NCBI GenBank assembly: GCA_964437385.1 | Contig: CAYTGX010000009.1 | Location: 11,219-75,218, forward strand | Direction of reading: 5' to 3' | DNA from: an uncultured Spirochaetaceae bacterium | Lineage (GTDB): Bacteria; Spirochaetota; Spirochaetia; SZUA-6; Fen-1364 | Length of the DNA: 64,000 nucleotides | Shown: one piece after another, positions 53,428 through 63,350 of the stretch | Numbering within the stretch: position 1 is the stretch's first letter | Layout: each line of letters begins with the position of its first letter | The notes under the pieces: model-generated | Database searches by the model: none | Told to the model about the DNA's origin: nothing | Seen by the model: the letters and a program-made list of their open reading frames with translations, nothing else | Program-made: the position numbers and the translations under genes

Positions 53428-54150
53428 ATGACCGACAAGGCGGTTGCGATAATTACGGCGAGGGGCGGGAGCAAGAGGATTCCGAGAAAGAACATCAAGA
53501 GCTTTCTTGGGGCCCCGATCATCAGCCACTCCATTGCATCTGCTCTCGCTTCCAAGGTCTTCGAAGAGGTGATGGTATCGACGGATGATGAGGAGATTGC
53601 TGAAGTGGCCATTCGCCATGGTGCAAAGGTCCCCTTCTTCCGATCGCCCTCTACCTCGCATGATCATGCAATGACCGCTGAAGTAGTAATTGAGGTTATC
53701 GAGGAGTACGCAAAGCGTGGACATGACTTCGCATACGCATGCTGTCTCTACCCCACGGCCCCCTTTGTGACGGCGCGAATGCTGGCGCAGGGGTTCGAGA
53801 TCCTGAAGACGACACACGTGGACTCTGTGGTGCCGGTTGTGCGATTCGGATACCCCATTCAAAGGGCTATGAGGATCACAGGCGGGAAACTTGAGATGAT
53901 CTGGCCCGAGAATCTTAACGTGCGATCGCAGGATCTTCCTGCGGCGTTTCACGACTCAGGGCAGTTTTACTGGCTGAACGTAGAGGCATTCATGGACCAG
54001 AAGCGGCTTTTCATGCGAAACACCGCCGCCCTGGAGATACCGGAGTCGGAAACGCAGGACATTGACAACGAAGAGGACTGGAAGATCGCTGAAATGAAAT
54101 ACTCAATACTGAGGAATCGATCCGGACTTGGCTCCGCCGACCTTCGATGA
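53428..54150 (+). CDS. pseF: pseudaminic acid cytidylyltransferase (CMP-NeuAc synthetase family)
   Basis: AIITARGGSKRIPRKNIKSFLGAPII and VSTDDEEI. Confidence 0.85.
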   Translation: MTDKAVAIITARGGSKRIPRKNIKSFLGAPIISHSIASALASKVFEEVMVSTDDEEIAEVAIRHGAKVPFFRSPSTSHDHAMTAEVVIEVIEEYAKRGHDFAYACCLYPTAPFVTARMLAQGFEILKTTHVDSVVPVVRFGYPIQRAMRITGGKLEMIWPENLNVRSQDLPAAFHDSGQFYWLNVEAFMDQKRLFMRNTAALEIPESETQDIDNEEDWKIAEMKYSILRNRSGLGSADLR

Positions 54151-55112
54151 GCCTCAATGCTCTGATTGTCGGGGCGGGAAAGATAGGCGCACTGTTCGAC
54201 AGCCCCCACGACAAGAATGTTCTCAGCCATGCGCATGCCTACGCTGCCCACCCCGCCTTCGAGCTTGCGGGGTTTGTTGACGTCGACGTCGACAAAGCTG
54301 CGAAAGCGGCTGGCCTTTGGGGGTGCGGTTATTTCAGCTCCCTCCAGGATGCGTTCGATCGGCAGAAGATCGACGTCATCAGTGTCGCAGTACCCGACGA
54401 ACAGCACTTCGCGATTCTGAAGGCGCTCAGAGGCTTTTCGTTTTCTGCGGTGATCGTGGAAAAGCCGATCGCACGAAGCGTCGACGAAGGGAACGAATTG
54501 GCATTGCTCTACCACGAACGGACACCCCTGGTAGCCGTCAACTATTCACGCAGGTACGTGCCACAGTTCGCGGAGCTCAAACGAAGAATCAAGAGCGGCG
54601 AATTCGGCCGCTACCTTACGGGCTCGGGCTATTACGGAAAAGGGATCGTTCACAATGGATCACACCTGGTCGATTTGATCAGATTTTTGGTAGACGAGAT
54701 AGCGGATTTCGATGTGGGGGCAGGGGAGTGCGACTTCTATCCCGACGACCCCTCGGTGGAAGGGGTGCTTCGCTTCGAGAACGGACGAACGTTTCACATT
54801 CTGCCAGTTTCCTGCCGCGCATACACCGTTTTCGAGCTGGATTTGTTCTTCGAACGTCGAAGGATCAGAATAGTGGACTCCGGCTTTGGGATTGAAGAGC
54901 AGGCAGTTGAGAATAGCGAGCGGTTCCCTGGATATCTTAATCTATCCTCCGCCCAGGCTGCTCAAACCGAGATGGGCAAAGCGATGTTCTTTCTAATGGA
55001 CAATCTGCACACCTCGCTTCTAGGACGGTCGGAAGTCGGGTGCACCATCGAAGACGCATTGAAAGATTTGGAAATCTGCTCGACGATGGCGGCCTCTTTC
55101 AGGAACATCTAA
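54147..55112 (+). CDS. Gfo/Idh/MocA family oxidoreductase
   Basis: ALIVGAGKIG Rossmann motif and the VIVEKP motif. Confidence 0.8.
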   Translation: MSLNALIVGAGKIGALFDSPHDKNVLSHAHAYAAHPAFELAGFVDVDVDKAAKAAGLWGCGYFSSLQDAFDRQKIDVISVAVPDEQHFAILKALRGFSFSAVIVEKPIARSVDEGNELALLYHERTPLVAVNYSRRYVPQFAELKRRIKSGEFGRYLTGSGYYGKGIVHNGSHLVDLIRFLVDEIADFDVGAGECDFYPDDPSVEGVLRFENGRTFHILPVSCRAYTVFELDLFFERRRIRIVDSGFGIEEQAVENSERFPGYLNLSSAQAAQTEMGKAMFFLMDNLHTSLLGRSEVGCTIEDALKDLEICSTMAASFRNI

Positions 55113-55113
55113 C

Positions 55114-56265
55114 ATGGCGCGGATTCTGCTCATGTCGCGAGACCCGGGGGGCGCAAATGTAATCATACCGCTTGTGCGCCCCCTGCGGGCCCGAGGTCAT
55201 GAAGCGCTGCTGTTCGGGAAAGACTTTGCTCTTGAAAAGTACGCCAGGGCTGGGCTGGAGGCCATCGACATCAGGGATCGGGTGGGTGATGTCACCCAGG
55301 AGTCGATAACCAGGCTGGTGGCAGCAGTAAGACCCGATATGATATGCACCGCGACGAGTGCCGACGACTTTTCCGAGCGGTTCCTTTGGAAAGCCGCGGG
55401 CATTTTCGGCGTTTATTCTATTGCGATTCTGGACCAATGGATCAACTATGGGATCAGGTTCTCGGACTTTCCGGTGTCAGAGATCGGCCTCTATCTTGCG
55501 CGACCTTCCCATCCTTATCTGCCCTCAAAGATACTGGTGATGGATGAGACAGCAAGGACCGAGGCAATAGCCGCCGGGCTGGATTCCGCTCGGCTCGTTG
55601 TGACAGGCCAGCCGCATTTCGAATCAGTCTTGAAGACCATGGATTCAATCGAGCCACGAGAGCTGGAGGGCATCCGCGCACATTTCGGGGTCGAGCACGG
55701 TGACAGATTGGTGACGTTCGCCTCAGAGCCAATCTCAGACACCTATGGGAGCGAGGAAGCAGGACGGGAGTTCTGGGGGTATAGCGAGCGAACGGTGTTT
55801 GCCGCGCTTCTTCGCAGCGTCGCAGAGATTGCCGAAAGGCACTCGATGCGGGTAGGAATCGTCATCCGCCTGCATCCCAAGGAAGACGCCGGATACTTCG
55901 AAAACCTGATGGTCACTCAGTCCGGGAAAAGGACCTATTTGAGGATCGACCGGGAAATTGACGCGGTCAAGCTCATGAAGGCTTCAGATCTTGTATGTGG
56001 GATGTCATCCATGTTCCTGATTGAAGCCGCAGTTGCGAATGTTCCTGTGATAAGTGTGCAGATCGGCCTCAAAAGAGAGAATCCGTTTGTTCTTGACCGT
56101 TCAGGCGCTATTCCGAGTGTTCTGGAGACATCAAGCCTCCAGCGGGAATTGGAACGGTATCTTGTTCGACATGAACAGCCTCGCTACGGATTAGGCCAAT
56201 CACGCGACGCAGTAAGAAACATTGTAATGGAAATGGAGGGATCTCTGTGTCGAAACTCGCAATAA
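55114..56265 (+). CDS. hypothetical protein, possibly GT-B fold (PseG-like hydrolase or glycosyltransferase?)
   Basis: MARILLMSRDPGGANVIIPL resembles the first beta-alpha unit of MurG/PseG-type GT-B enzymes. The C-terminal GMSSMFLIEAAVANVPVISV resembles a donor-binding half. No canonical motif was confirmed. Confidence 0.45.
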   Translation: MARILLMSRDPGGANVIIPLVRPLRARGHEALLFGKDFALEKYARAGLEAIDIRDRVGDVTQESITRLVAAVRPDMICTATSADDFSERFLWKAAGIFGVYSIAILDQWINYGIRFSDFPVSEIGLYLARPSHPYLPSKILVMDETARTEAIAAGLDSARLVVTGQPHFESVLKTMDSIEPRELEGIRAHFGVEHGDRLVTFASEPISDTYGSEEAGREFWGYSERTVFAALLRSVAEIAERHSMRVGIVIRLHPKEDAGYFENLMVTQSGKRTYLRIDREIDAVKLMKASDLVCGMSSMFLIEAAVANVPVISVQIGLKRENPFVLDRSGAIPSVLETSSLQRELERYLVRHEQPRYGLGQSRDAVRNIVMEMEGSLCRNSQ

Positions 56266-57548
56266 ATGGCGGCTCCCGAGTTCGAAACGACAAATTTCCC
56301 GCCTATGTGACGGTGGGAATCCAGGAACAGGAAGCGGTGAAGAACGTCCTCCGATCCGGCGTCCTCTCTCGCTTTCTGGGAACATGGCATGAAGATTTCT
56401 ATGGCGGGCCGGAAGTGCAGGCATTCGAGAAGGAATGGGCCGAGTATTTCGGGGTTCGCCATGCTATCGCGGTGAACTCCGCAACATCCGGGCTGTATTG
56501 CGCCGTCGGCGCGGCAGGAATCGGCCCTGGGGACGAGGTGATCGTATCCCCCTACACAATGTCAGCTTCTTCGGTTGCGCCTCTGATCTACAACGCGATA
56601 CCGGTGTTTGCTGACATCGAGGAGGACTGCTACTGCTTATCCGCGGATTCAATCGAGAAAAGGCTCACCAGCCGGACTCGTGCTATCATTGTCGTGGATA
56701 TATTCGGGCAGCCATATGATGCGCGGCGGATCAATGAAATCGCCAGAAGTCGCGGCTTGCTTGTCATCGAGGACTGCGCGCAGGCGCCGGGAGCCATGTA
56801 CGGAGACCGCTACGCGGGCACCTTGGGAGATATTGGAGTCTACTCCCTCAATTACCACAAGCACGTCCATACCGGGGAAGGCGGACTGGTCGTCACCGAC
56901 AACGAAGAGTTGGCCAGGCGTGTTCGCCTTATCCGCAACCATGCGGAAGCAGTTGTCGAAGAGATGGGCGAAGCGGATATCACGAACCTTCTCGGTTTCA
57001 ACTATAGAATGACCGAAATTGAGGCCGCGATAGGCAGGCAACAGCTCAAGAAGCTCAGGACCCTGTCTGCTTCACGAATAGCAAACGTGGAATACCTGGC
57101 AAAAGGGCTCACGAGGATACCATGCCTGCAGCCAGCGAGCACGCGCGCAGACTGCACGCACGTGTTCTATCTGCACACCTTGAAATTCGACAGCAAAGTC
57201 GCAGGGATGCATCGAAATAGATTCATAGAAGCAGTCAAAGCCGAGCTTATGCCGACCGAGCTGAGAGAAACGGAAGGCGTCAAGGTCGGCTGCGGATATG
57301 TAAAGCCGCTCTATCTTCAGCCTCTCTATCAGAAAAAAATAGCGTACGGCAAGAGCGGATGCCCGTGGACATGTGATAAGTACAACAGGCCCATCAGTTA
57401 TGGAAAGGGCTTATGCCCGACGGCAGAGGACATGCACGACAACGTGCTGGTCACACACGAGCTCATGCGGCCGCCGATGAGCAAGAAGGATCTGGATGAC
57501 GTCCTTGAAGCCTTTCAGAAGGTCTGGGAAAACAGAAATGAATTGTGA
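56247..57548 (+). CDS. DegT/DnrJ/EryC1/StrS family PLP aminotransferase (second copy)
   Basis: AIAVNSATSGL, DIFGQP and YSLNYHKHVHTGEGG (PLP Lys). The N-terminal layout resembles keto-sugar/inosose aminotransferases. Confidence 0.85.
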   Translation: MSKLAINGGSRVRNDKFPAYVTVGIQEQEAVKNVLRSGVLSRFLGTWHEDFYGGPEVQAFEKEWAEYFGVRHAIAVNSATSGLYCAVGAAGIGPGDEVIVSPYTMSASSVAPLIYNAIPVFADIEEDCYCLSADSIEKRLTSRTRAIIVVDIFGQPYDARRINEIARSRGLLVIEDCAQAPGAMYGDRYAGTLGDIGVYSLNYHKHVHTGEGGLVVTDNEELARRVRLIRNHAEAVVEEMGEADITNLLGFNYRMTEIEAAIGRQQLKKLRTLSASRIANVEYLAKGLTRIPCLQPASTRADCTHVFYLHTLKFDSKVAGMHRNRFIEAVKAELMPTELRETEGVKVGCGYVKPLYLQPLYQKKIAYGKSGCPWTCDKYNRPISYGKGLCPTAEDMHDNVLVTHELMRPPMSKKDLDDVLEAFQKVWENRNEL

Positions 57549-57598
57549 AGGCGCCGTGCCCACTGAATCCCGTCTCGTGGCAGTGAGCGAAAGAAAAG

Positions 57599-58663
57599 AT
57601 GGATTTCCCACAGCAGAAATCGACTGACTTCAGAGAGTGGGTGAGCTTCATGGAGGGAGAACAGACGCTCAACTCGTGGGGCTACACGCGCAATTTCCAG
57701 GGACAATGCTGTATCCGGAACAAAGTTGAAGATTACAGCTTCGCAGTGACGGAAAATAACAGTGTTCTTGCGATTTGCCCTCTTGTGGTTACGGAAAAGG
57801 ACGGTGTGCGTTCCTTCACAAACGACGGCAGTTACCTCCGCGGACCGATAATCTCGAGCCAGGTTGAAGAAAGACGAAGAAACGGGATCCTCGATGACAT
57901 TCTGGCGCATGTTGACGAGCTCGCTTTGGCGAGTTCAGCCTCATATGTCGGCTTTTTCTTCGATCCTCAGCCTACCTATCGATTTCATGCAAATCCGCTG
58001 CAGGAGCATGGATATATCGATACGACTTTGAATACTCAAATATTGGATTTGGGTCTCTCCGAAAAGGAGATGCGCGCAAGCCTTAGAAAAAGCTACAAGG
58101 CGCTGATCAATAAGGGATTGAAGACGTATGAGCTGCGCGTGATATCCTGTGCAAATGCCGACCCCTTGATTCACGAGATATACCGGCAAACTCATATCAA
58201 AGCCGCTGGTCGGGAAACCCGTCCAAAATGGACTTTCGACCTCCAATTCGAAGAGCTCAAGGCCGGCGAAGCCACCATGATCTGCATGACCTACGAGGGG
58301 CGGTTTGTCCAGCTCGACTATTTCAGTCACAGAAACGGCTATGTCTATTATTCATCTGCAGCGGACGATCCGGAATTCTCGGAGTCTTGTGAAGTTCCGC
58401 TCGGTCACGCGATTCTGTGGTTTGCCCAGGACTACTTCCGTTCCCAGGGCATGAAATACCTTGAAATCGGCTGGCAATTGTATGGCACGCAGCTCTTTTC
58501 TTCTCCAAGCCGAAAAGAGATGAACATAAGCTACTTCAAAAGAGGATTCGGAGGGTTTGCAGCATCGTTGTATCGGGGACTCAAATTTTACGACCCTGCC
58601 ATCAGGGAACGTATTGTTCGGGATGCGGTCGCGCAGTATCTCGAAGCGCTGCCACAAGGATAG
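57599..58663 (+). CDS. FemAB-like / GNAT-fold acyl- or aminoacyl-transferase family protein
   Basis: [14 protein letters not shown] ... [11 protein letters not shown] ... [11 protein letters not shown] follows the pattern of FemAB-like Acetyltransf_6 proteins found in glycan loci. This is a memory-based assignment. Confidence 0.5.
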   Translation: MDFPQQKSTDFREWVSFMEGEQTLNSWGYTRNFQGQCCIRNKVEDYSFAVTENNSVLAICPLVVTEKDGVRSFTNDGSYLRGPIISSQVEERRRNGILDDILAHVDELALASSASYVGFFFDPQPTYRFHANPLQEHGYIDTTLNTQILDLGLSEKEMRASLRKSYKALINKGLKTYELRVISCANADPLIHEIYRQTHIKAAGRETRPKWTFDLQFEELKAGEATMICMTYEGRFVQLDYFSHRNGYVYYSSAADDPEFSESCEVPLGHAILWFAQDYFRSQGMKYLEIGWQLYGTQLFSSPSRKEMNISYFKRGFGGFAASLYRGLKFYDPAIRERIVRDAVAQYLEALPQG

Positions 58664-58720
58664 AGGAGCCCTGACATTTGTGCGGAAAAATAGCGGCCTC
58701 ATCGAGTCGAGCGAGGAACC

Positions 58721-60043
58721 ATGTCTGATACGGTGATACGAGTTGAGCATCTCTCCAAGGAGTATCGTCTTGGAGTTATCAACCACGGAAGACTCACCAA
58801 GGATATTCAAAGTTGGTGGGCGAAGATAAAGGGAAAAGATGATCCCAACCGGAAGATCGGCCACGCGCAGGCCAGGACTCGAGATCTCAAAAGCGACAGA
58901 TTCTGGGCACTGAAGGACATGACATTTGACGTGCGAAGTGGAGAACGGCTTGGCATAATTGGAAGCAATGGCGCGGGAAAGTCGACGTTTCTGAAGATTC
59001 TCTCGAGGGTCACCGCCCCGACCATTGGCACCATAAAGCTCAAAGGGCGGGTTGCCAGCCTTCTGGAGGTCGGCACGGGCTTCAACCCTGAGCTGACAGG
59101 GCGTGAAAACGTGTACCTGAATGGCGCCATACTCGGTATGCGAAAAGCCGAGGTGCAGTCGAAATTTGACGATATCGTTTCATTCGCGGAGGTGGAGAGG
59201 TTCATCGACACGCCGGTGAAGCGCTATTCGAGCGGCATGTACGTTCGACTGGCATTTGCGGTCGCGGCCCATCTCGACGCAGACATCATGGTCATCGATG
59301 AAGTCCTTGCAGTGGGCGACGCGCGTTTCCAGCAGAAATGCCTCGGAAAAATGGAAGAAGCAAGTACAAAAGAAGGGAGAACGGTGCTTTTCGTCAGCCA
59401 TAATATGACCGCGGTGAAGAACCTGTGCAGCAGAGCCATTCTGCTTGAAGGGGGCAGGCTCACTGCGGACGGCGAAACATCGAGGGTTGTCCATGACTAT
59501 CTTGCCAATCAGCAAGGTGTACTCTCCGGTTCCGTTGCGCATGACGACGATGTGGGCATTGAGAAAGTAGTGCTCAGAAACAGTCGCGGCGAACAGACCT
59601 CAGAGTTCGCGCCCGGATCGGATCTTTCAATCGAATTGACGTATGTCGCGAAGTACAAGATCAACAGGCCGTCGTTTTGGGTTACAGTCGGCTCAACCGA
59701 GGGGTCGCACTTTGCCGCGAACATGCTCATTGATGGGCACACTCCAAGCGTCATCGAAGGAAGAGGATCGATTCGCTGTGTATTCCATAATTTACCTCTT
59801 CTTCCAAAGACCTATATAATTTCGCTCGGAGTGCGGTCAACAGAAGGCTCGATAGTTCTGGCAAAATCGCAGACGGTCGGCACTTTCACCGTATTTGATG
59901 ACATGCGCCGTCTCGGGCTGGAGGGCGGAAGCGCGGCAAGCTTCGCGGAGAGCTCCGCGCCAATTGTTGTTCCCTACGACTGGTATTTGCCAACTGGTGA
60001 GCACATTCAAGTGTCCTATCCTGCTCTGCAGAAACAGTCATGA
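58721..60043 (+). CDS. wzt: polysaccharide ABC exporter ATP-binding protein with C-terminal Wzt-type carbohydrate-binding domain
   Basis: GSNGAGKST, YSSGMYVRLAF and MVIDEVLAVGD, followed by an extra beta-rich C-terminal domain of about 190 aa. Confidence 0.85.
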   Translation: MSDTVIRVEHLSKEYRLGVINHGRLTKDIQSWWAKIKGKDDPNRKIGHAQARTRDLKSDRFWALKDMTFDVRSGERLGIIGSNGAGKSTFLKILSRVTAPTIGTIKLKGRVASLLEVGTGFNPELTGRENVYLNGAILGMRKAEVQSKFDDIVSFAEVERFIDTPVKRYSSGMYVRLAFAVAAHLDADIMVIDEVLAVGDARFQQKCLGKMEEASTKEGRTVLFVSHNMTAVKNLCSRAILLEGGRLTADGETSRVVHDYLANQQGVLSGSVAHDDDVGIEKVVLRNSRGEQTSEFAPGSDLSIELTYVAKYKINRPSFWVTVGSTEGSHFAANMLIDGHTPSVIEGRGSIRCVFHNLPLLPKTYIISLGVRSTEGSIVLAKSQTVGTFTVFDDMRRLGLEGGSAASFAESSAPIVVPYDWYLPTGEHIQVSYPALQKQS

Positions 60044-60050
60044 GGCGCAT

Positions 60051-60701
60051 ATGAAAGTAAAGAATTTTCTTAAGAGTCGCTTGCCAAAAGAATTGCAGAA
60101 TCGGCTCAGGGAAAATCGTCGCTTCGTCAGGAATCTGGCAAGAAGCGTCAAGGCTTTTTTCAAGCCATCCCGAATAAATGAAGACTGGTCGCGATGGTAC
60201 AAGAAGGATTTCCTAGGTCCGGAGCGGTGTTTTGGCGAGCTGAAGACATCAATTCCGTCTCATGTCAAGAATGTGATTGATTTTGGCTGCGCAGCGGGGA
60301 GAAATCTGTCGGCGTTCAACGGCGAATACAACTTATACGGAGTTGATATTGTTGATAAGGCAAATATCGAATGGCGCATGCAATTCCAAAGCCTGACATA
60401 TATTCAAAGTCCGCTGCAGGATCTTGCAATAGAAGAGCCGCTCGATGACTTTCTTTGCATTTCACATGGTTGCATAATGTATTTGAATAAGAATCAGCAA
60501 CGAGAATTCATGCAATACCTCGTTGACAAGGGATGCAGGAACTTCATCTTTCAGGAATACGATAGAAGAACTCTCCACCTCAATGCATACTCTGAAAAGG
60601 GCCCAAAAGTCGGATACCCCTTTGAAAACTTCCTGAACCTGAGAAAACAATGGTTCAGAGAGGACTTGCCAACCTGGATACGGCTGGAGGGGCGGCCGTA
60701 A
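60051..60701 (+). CDS. putative class I SAM-dependent methyltransferase
   Basis: VIDFGCAAGRNL (motif I-like). The start was trimmed from 59895 to ATG 60051, just after the wzt stop. Confidence 0.6.
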   Translation: MKVKNFLKSRLPKELQNRLRENRRFVRNLARSVKAFFKPSRINEDWSRWYKKDFLGPERCFGELKTSIPSHVKNVIDFGCAAGRNLSAFNGEYNLYGVDIVDKANIEWRMQFQSLTYIQSPLQDLAIEEPLDDFLCISHGCIMYLNKNQQREFMQYLVDKGCRNFIFQEYDRRTLHLNAYSEKGPKVGYPFENFLNLRKQWFREDLPTWIRLEGRP

Positions 60702-60784
60702 TTGCCCAGCGGCGCCTGCGCGAAACGCTGAAAAAGGGACCTGGCTGTCAGAATCCCAACGGCAAATACCTAAAAGGAGCACGC

Positions 60785-61426
60785 ATGCCTTTCACAACCG
60801 AAGAGGAGTCTTTCTGGAACGGCAGATTTGGAGATGAGTATATCGAGCGCAACCAGGGAGAAGACTTGGTTGCAGCGAGCCTCTCGTTCTTCAGCAAGGC
60901 TCTGGACCGGACGAAAGCAGTCCACTCAGTGCTCGAGATGGGGTCAAACGTCGGCATTAACCTTGAAGCCATTACAAGATTGCTTCCCAAAGCAAGACTG
61001 TCGGCTATTGAGATAAATCATAAAGCGGCCCGGGAACTAAAGAAAAAGTTGCCGAACGTCGATCTGCACGTCACCTCCATTCTGGAATTCCAGCCGGAGA
61101 AAAAGTGGGATCTGGTCTTTACTAAAGGCGTTCTCATTCACATCAATCCCGAAAAGTTGTCAACAGTATATGAGCTCATGCATCGAAGTTCTTCTCGCTA
61201 TGTCCTCATTGCCGAATACTACAATCCCGAACCAGTGGAAGTGGTCTATCATGGGCACGAGGGGAAGCTTTACAAGCGTGATTTCGCCGGAGAGATGCTT
61301 GACTCATTTCCGGACCTGTCCCTTGTCGACTACGGATTTGCCTATCATCGAGAAGCCAATTTCCTGCAGGGGGATCTGACATGGTTTCTGTTGGAAAAAG
61401 ACAAAGACAGAACAGGCCCTTTTTGA
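60785..61426 (+). CDS. pseudaminic acid biosynthesis-associated methylase-like protein
   Basis: FWNGRFGDEYIERN N-terminus and VLEMGSNVGINL (motif I), as I recall for the Pse_Me-ase family. The ATG at 60785 follows an AAAAGGAG RBS. Confidence 0.65.
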   Translation: MPFTTEEESFWNGRFGDEYIERNQGEDLVAASLSFFSKALDRTKAVHSVLEMGSNVGINLEAITRLLPKARLSAIEINHKAARELKKKLPNVDLHVTSILEFQPEKKWDLVFTKGVLIHINPEKLSTVYELMHRSSSRYVLIAEYYNPEPVEVVYHGHEGKLYKRDFAGEMLDSFPDLSLVDYGFAYHREANFLQGDLTWFLLEKDKDRTGPF

Positions 61427-61468
61427 CAGGGATCGGGCAATTTTCTCTGAAAGATCGTGGAGCGCTGC

Positions 61469-62530
61469 ATGAATGGAATGACTGAAGCCCAGTTGGAACG
61501 ACTGTGCGAAGACACTAAATGGTCATGGGCTCGCCGCGAATCGCCCTACTGGACTTCAGAAATCTATGGCTTCGGGAAGTATTTACGAGAATACGGGTTT
61601 TATCCTTCCTGGTTGCCGCTCTACGTCTACATCGACCATGGAGCCGCCACTGCCGAGATTCCGTTTCCACATGAATTGAACTCTGGTGCACCGGTCATGT
61701 TCTATCACTCCGCCCGGTCAGTCGAGAAATGGAAGGAGAAGTCGGCGAAACCTTGCTACGTGTTCTACTCACCGTTTGTGTACTACCGACACAGCCGGAA
61801 GATCGAAATAGCGCCTGATGCGAAGGGCACTATCGCCTTTTTGGGCCACTCAACGCCGTCCGTTGAGGATATGTCTGACATAGACGACTATGTGCGAGCC
61901 CTCTCTGAGTTGCCATCGACTTTCCAGCCTGTTGCTGTCTGCCTGCACATGCACGACATAAGGAAGGGAGTTCACAGGGAATTGCTGAAGCGTGGCTTCC
62001 CAGTCTTTACAGCGGGAAATACTTCTGACGACAGGTTTGTGGAGCGCTTCTACGATCTTATACGTAACTTTCGCTATGCCACATCCAACCTGGCTGGCTC
62101 CTACCTCCACTATTGCGTGGAGATGGGAATACCATTTTCGATCTACGGCAATCAGCCCAAATATATCAACCGTGGCGACCCGAATGTCGCCTCGGGTGAA
62201 TACGATCCGTACCAGTTTGACGCGTTCAGACAGCTCTTCGAACTATTTCGCGGTCTGACAACCACGATCAGCGAAGCCCAGCGAGAGGAGATTGCTAGAC
62301 GCCTTGGTTTGAAAGACGGCATATCGCGTTTCAAGATGGCGACCCTTCTCTACGGCGCCTTCATGCAGCAGGGCGTACGGGCATTTCCGCGCGCGATCTT
62401 AAAGAACACGATACGGCAAGCCAAAAGACTGCTACTGTCCTTCGCCTCCGGCAAGTTTCCTTTTTTCTCCACGCTGGTGGAAAAGGCGATACACAAGAGA
62501 CGCATTTCGAGGGGCAAAACCAAACCATAG
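61469..62530 (+). CDS. hypothetical protein (no recognisable domain)
   Basis: Long ORF in an operon context with a basic C-terminal tail. The alternative start is GTG 61457. Confidence 0.55.
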   Translation: MNGMTEAQLERLCEDTKWSWARRESPYWTSEIYGFGKYLREYGFYPSWLPLYVYIDHGAATAEIPFPHELNSGAPVMFYHSARSVEKWKEKSAKPCYVFYSPFVYYRHSRKIEIAPDAKGTIAFLGHSTPSVEDMSDIDDYVRALSELPSTFQPVAVCLHMHDIRKGVHRELLKRGFPVFTAGNTSDDRFVERFYDLIRNFRYATSNLAGSYLHYCVEMGIPFSIYGNQPKYINRGDPNVASGEYDPYQFDAFRQLFELFRGLTTTISEAQREEIARRLGLKDGISRFKMATLLYGAFMQQGVRAFPRAILKNTIRQAKRLLLSFASGKFPFFSTLVEKAIHKRRISRGKTKP

Positions 62531-62579
62531 AACGCTTCGAAGAGGGCGCAATTCAAACGTCATGATAAGCGAAAGGCAT

Positions 62580-63350
62580 ATGAAAGCAGTCATACTTGCG
62601 GGCGGACTTGGAACAAGGATCATGGAAGAAACTTCCATACGGCCAAAGCCAATGGTTGAAATTGGCGGGAAGCCGGTTCTCTGGCATATATTGAAAATCT
62701 ACTCAACGCATGGAATCAATGATTTTGTAATCTGCTGCGGCTATAAAGGGTACATGATCAAGGAATACTTTGCGAATTATTTCCTGCATATGTCTGACAT
62801 TACATTCGACCTCTCCAACAATTCGATGCATGTTCACCAGAAGTTCGCAGAACCGTGGAAGGTGACGCTTGTTGACACGGGCGATGGCACGATGACCGGA
62901 GGCCGGCTCAGAAGAGTACGGGGATACCTGGACCAGGAAGACTTTTGCTTCACCTATGGTGATGGACTGGCAAATGTGGACGTTTCTGCGCTTGTCAATT
63001 TCCACAAAGCACAGGGGGTCCTTGCAACAGTGACCGCGGTCCAGCCGGCGGGCAGATTCGGCGAACTTGACGTCGAAAACAATCGAATCACGGGATTCAG
63101 GGAAAAGCCAGAGGGAGGCAGTGCGTGGATTAATGGCGGATTCTTTGTTCTTTCACCCAAAGTAATCGAGCTGATTTCGGGAGACTCGACGGTCTGGGAG
63201 CGGGACCCGGTAGAAACGCTTGCGAAGGCGAATCAACTCGCTGCATATCGACACACGGGCTTCTGGCAGCCGATGGACACTGCGAGGGACAAGGTTCGAT
63301 TGGAAGAGCTGTGGAACTCAAACAAGGCGCCATGGAAAATCTGGCCATGA
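62580..63350 (+). CDS. rfbF: glucose-1-phosphate cytidylyltransferase
   Basis: [57 protein letters not shown]. Confidence 0.9.
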   Translation: MKAVILAGGLGTRIMEETSIRPKPMVEIGGKPVLWHILKIYSTHGINDFVICCGYKGYMIKEYFANYFLHMSDITFDLSNNSMHVHQKFAEPWKVTLVDTGDGTMTGGRLRRVRGYLDQEDFCFTYGDGLANVDVSALVNFHKAQGVLATVTAVQPAGRFGELDVENNRITGFREKPEGGSAWINGGFFVLSPKVIELISGDSTVWERDPVETLAKANQLAAYRHTGFWQPMDTARDKVRLEELWNSNKAPWKIWP

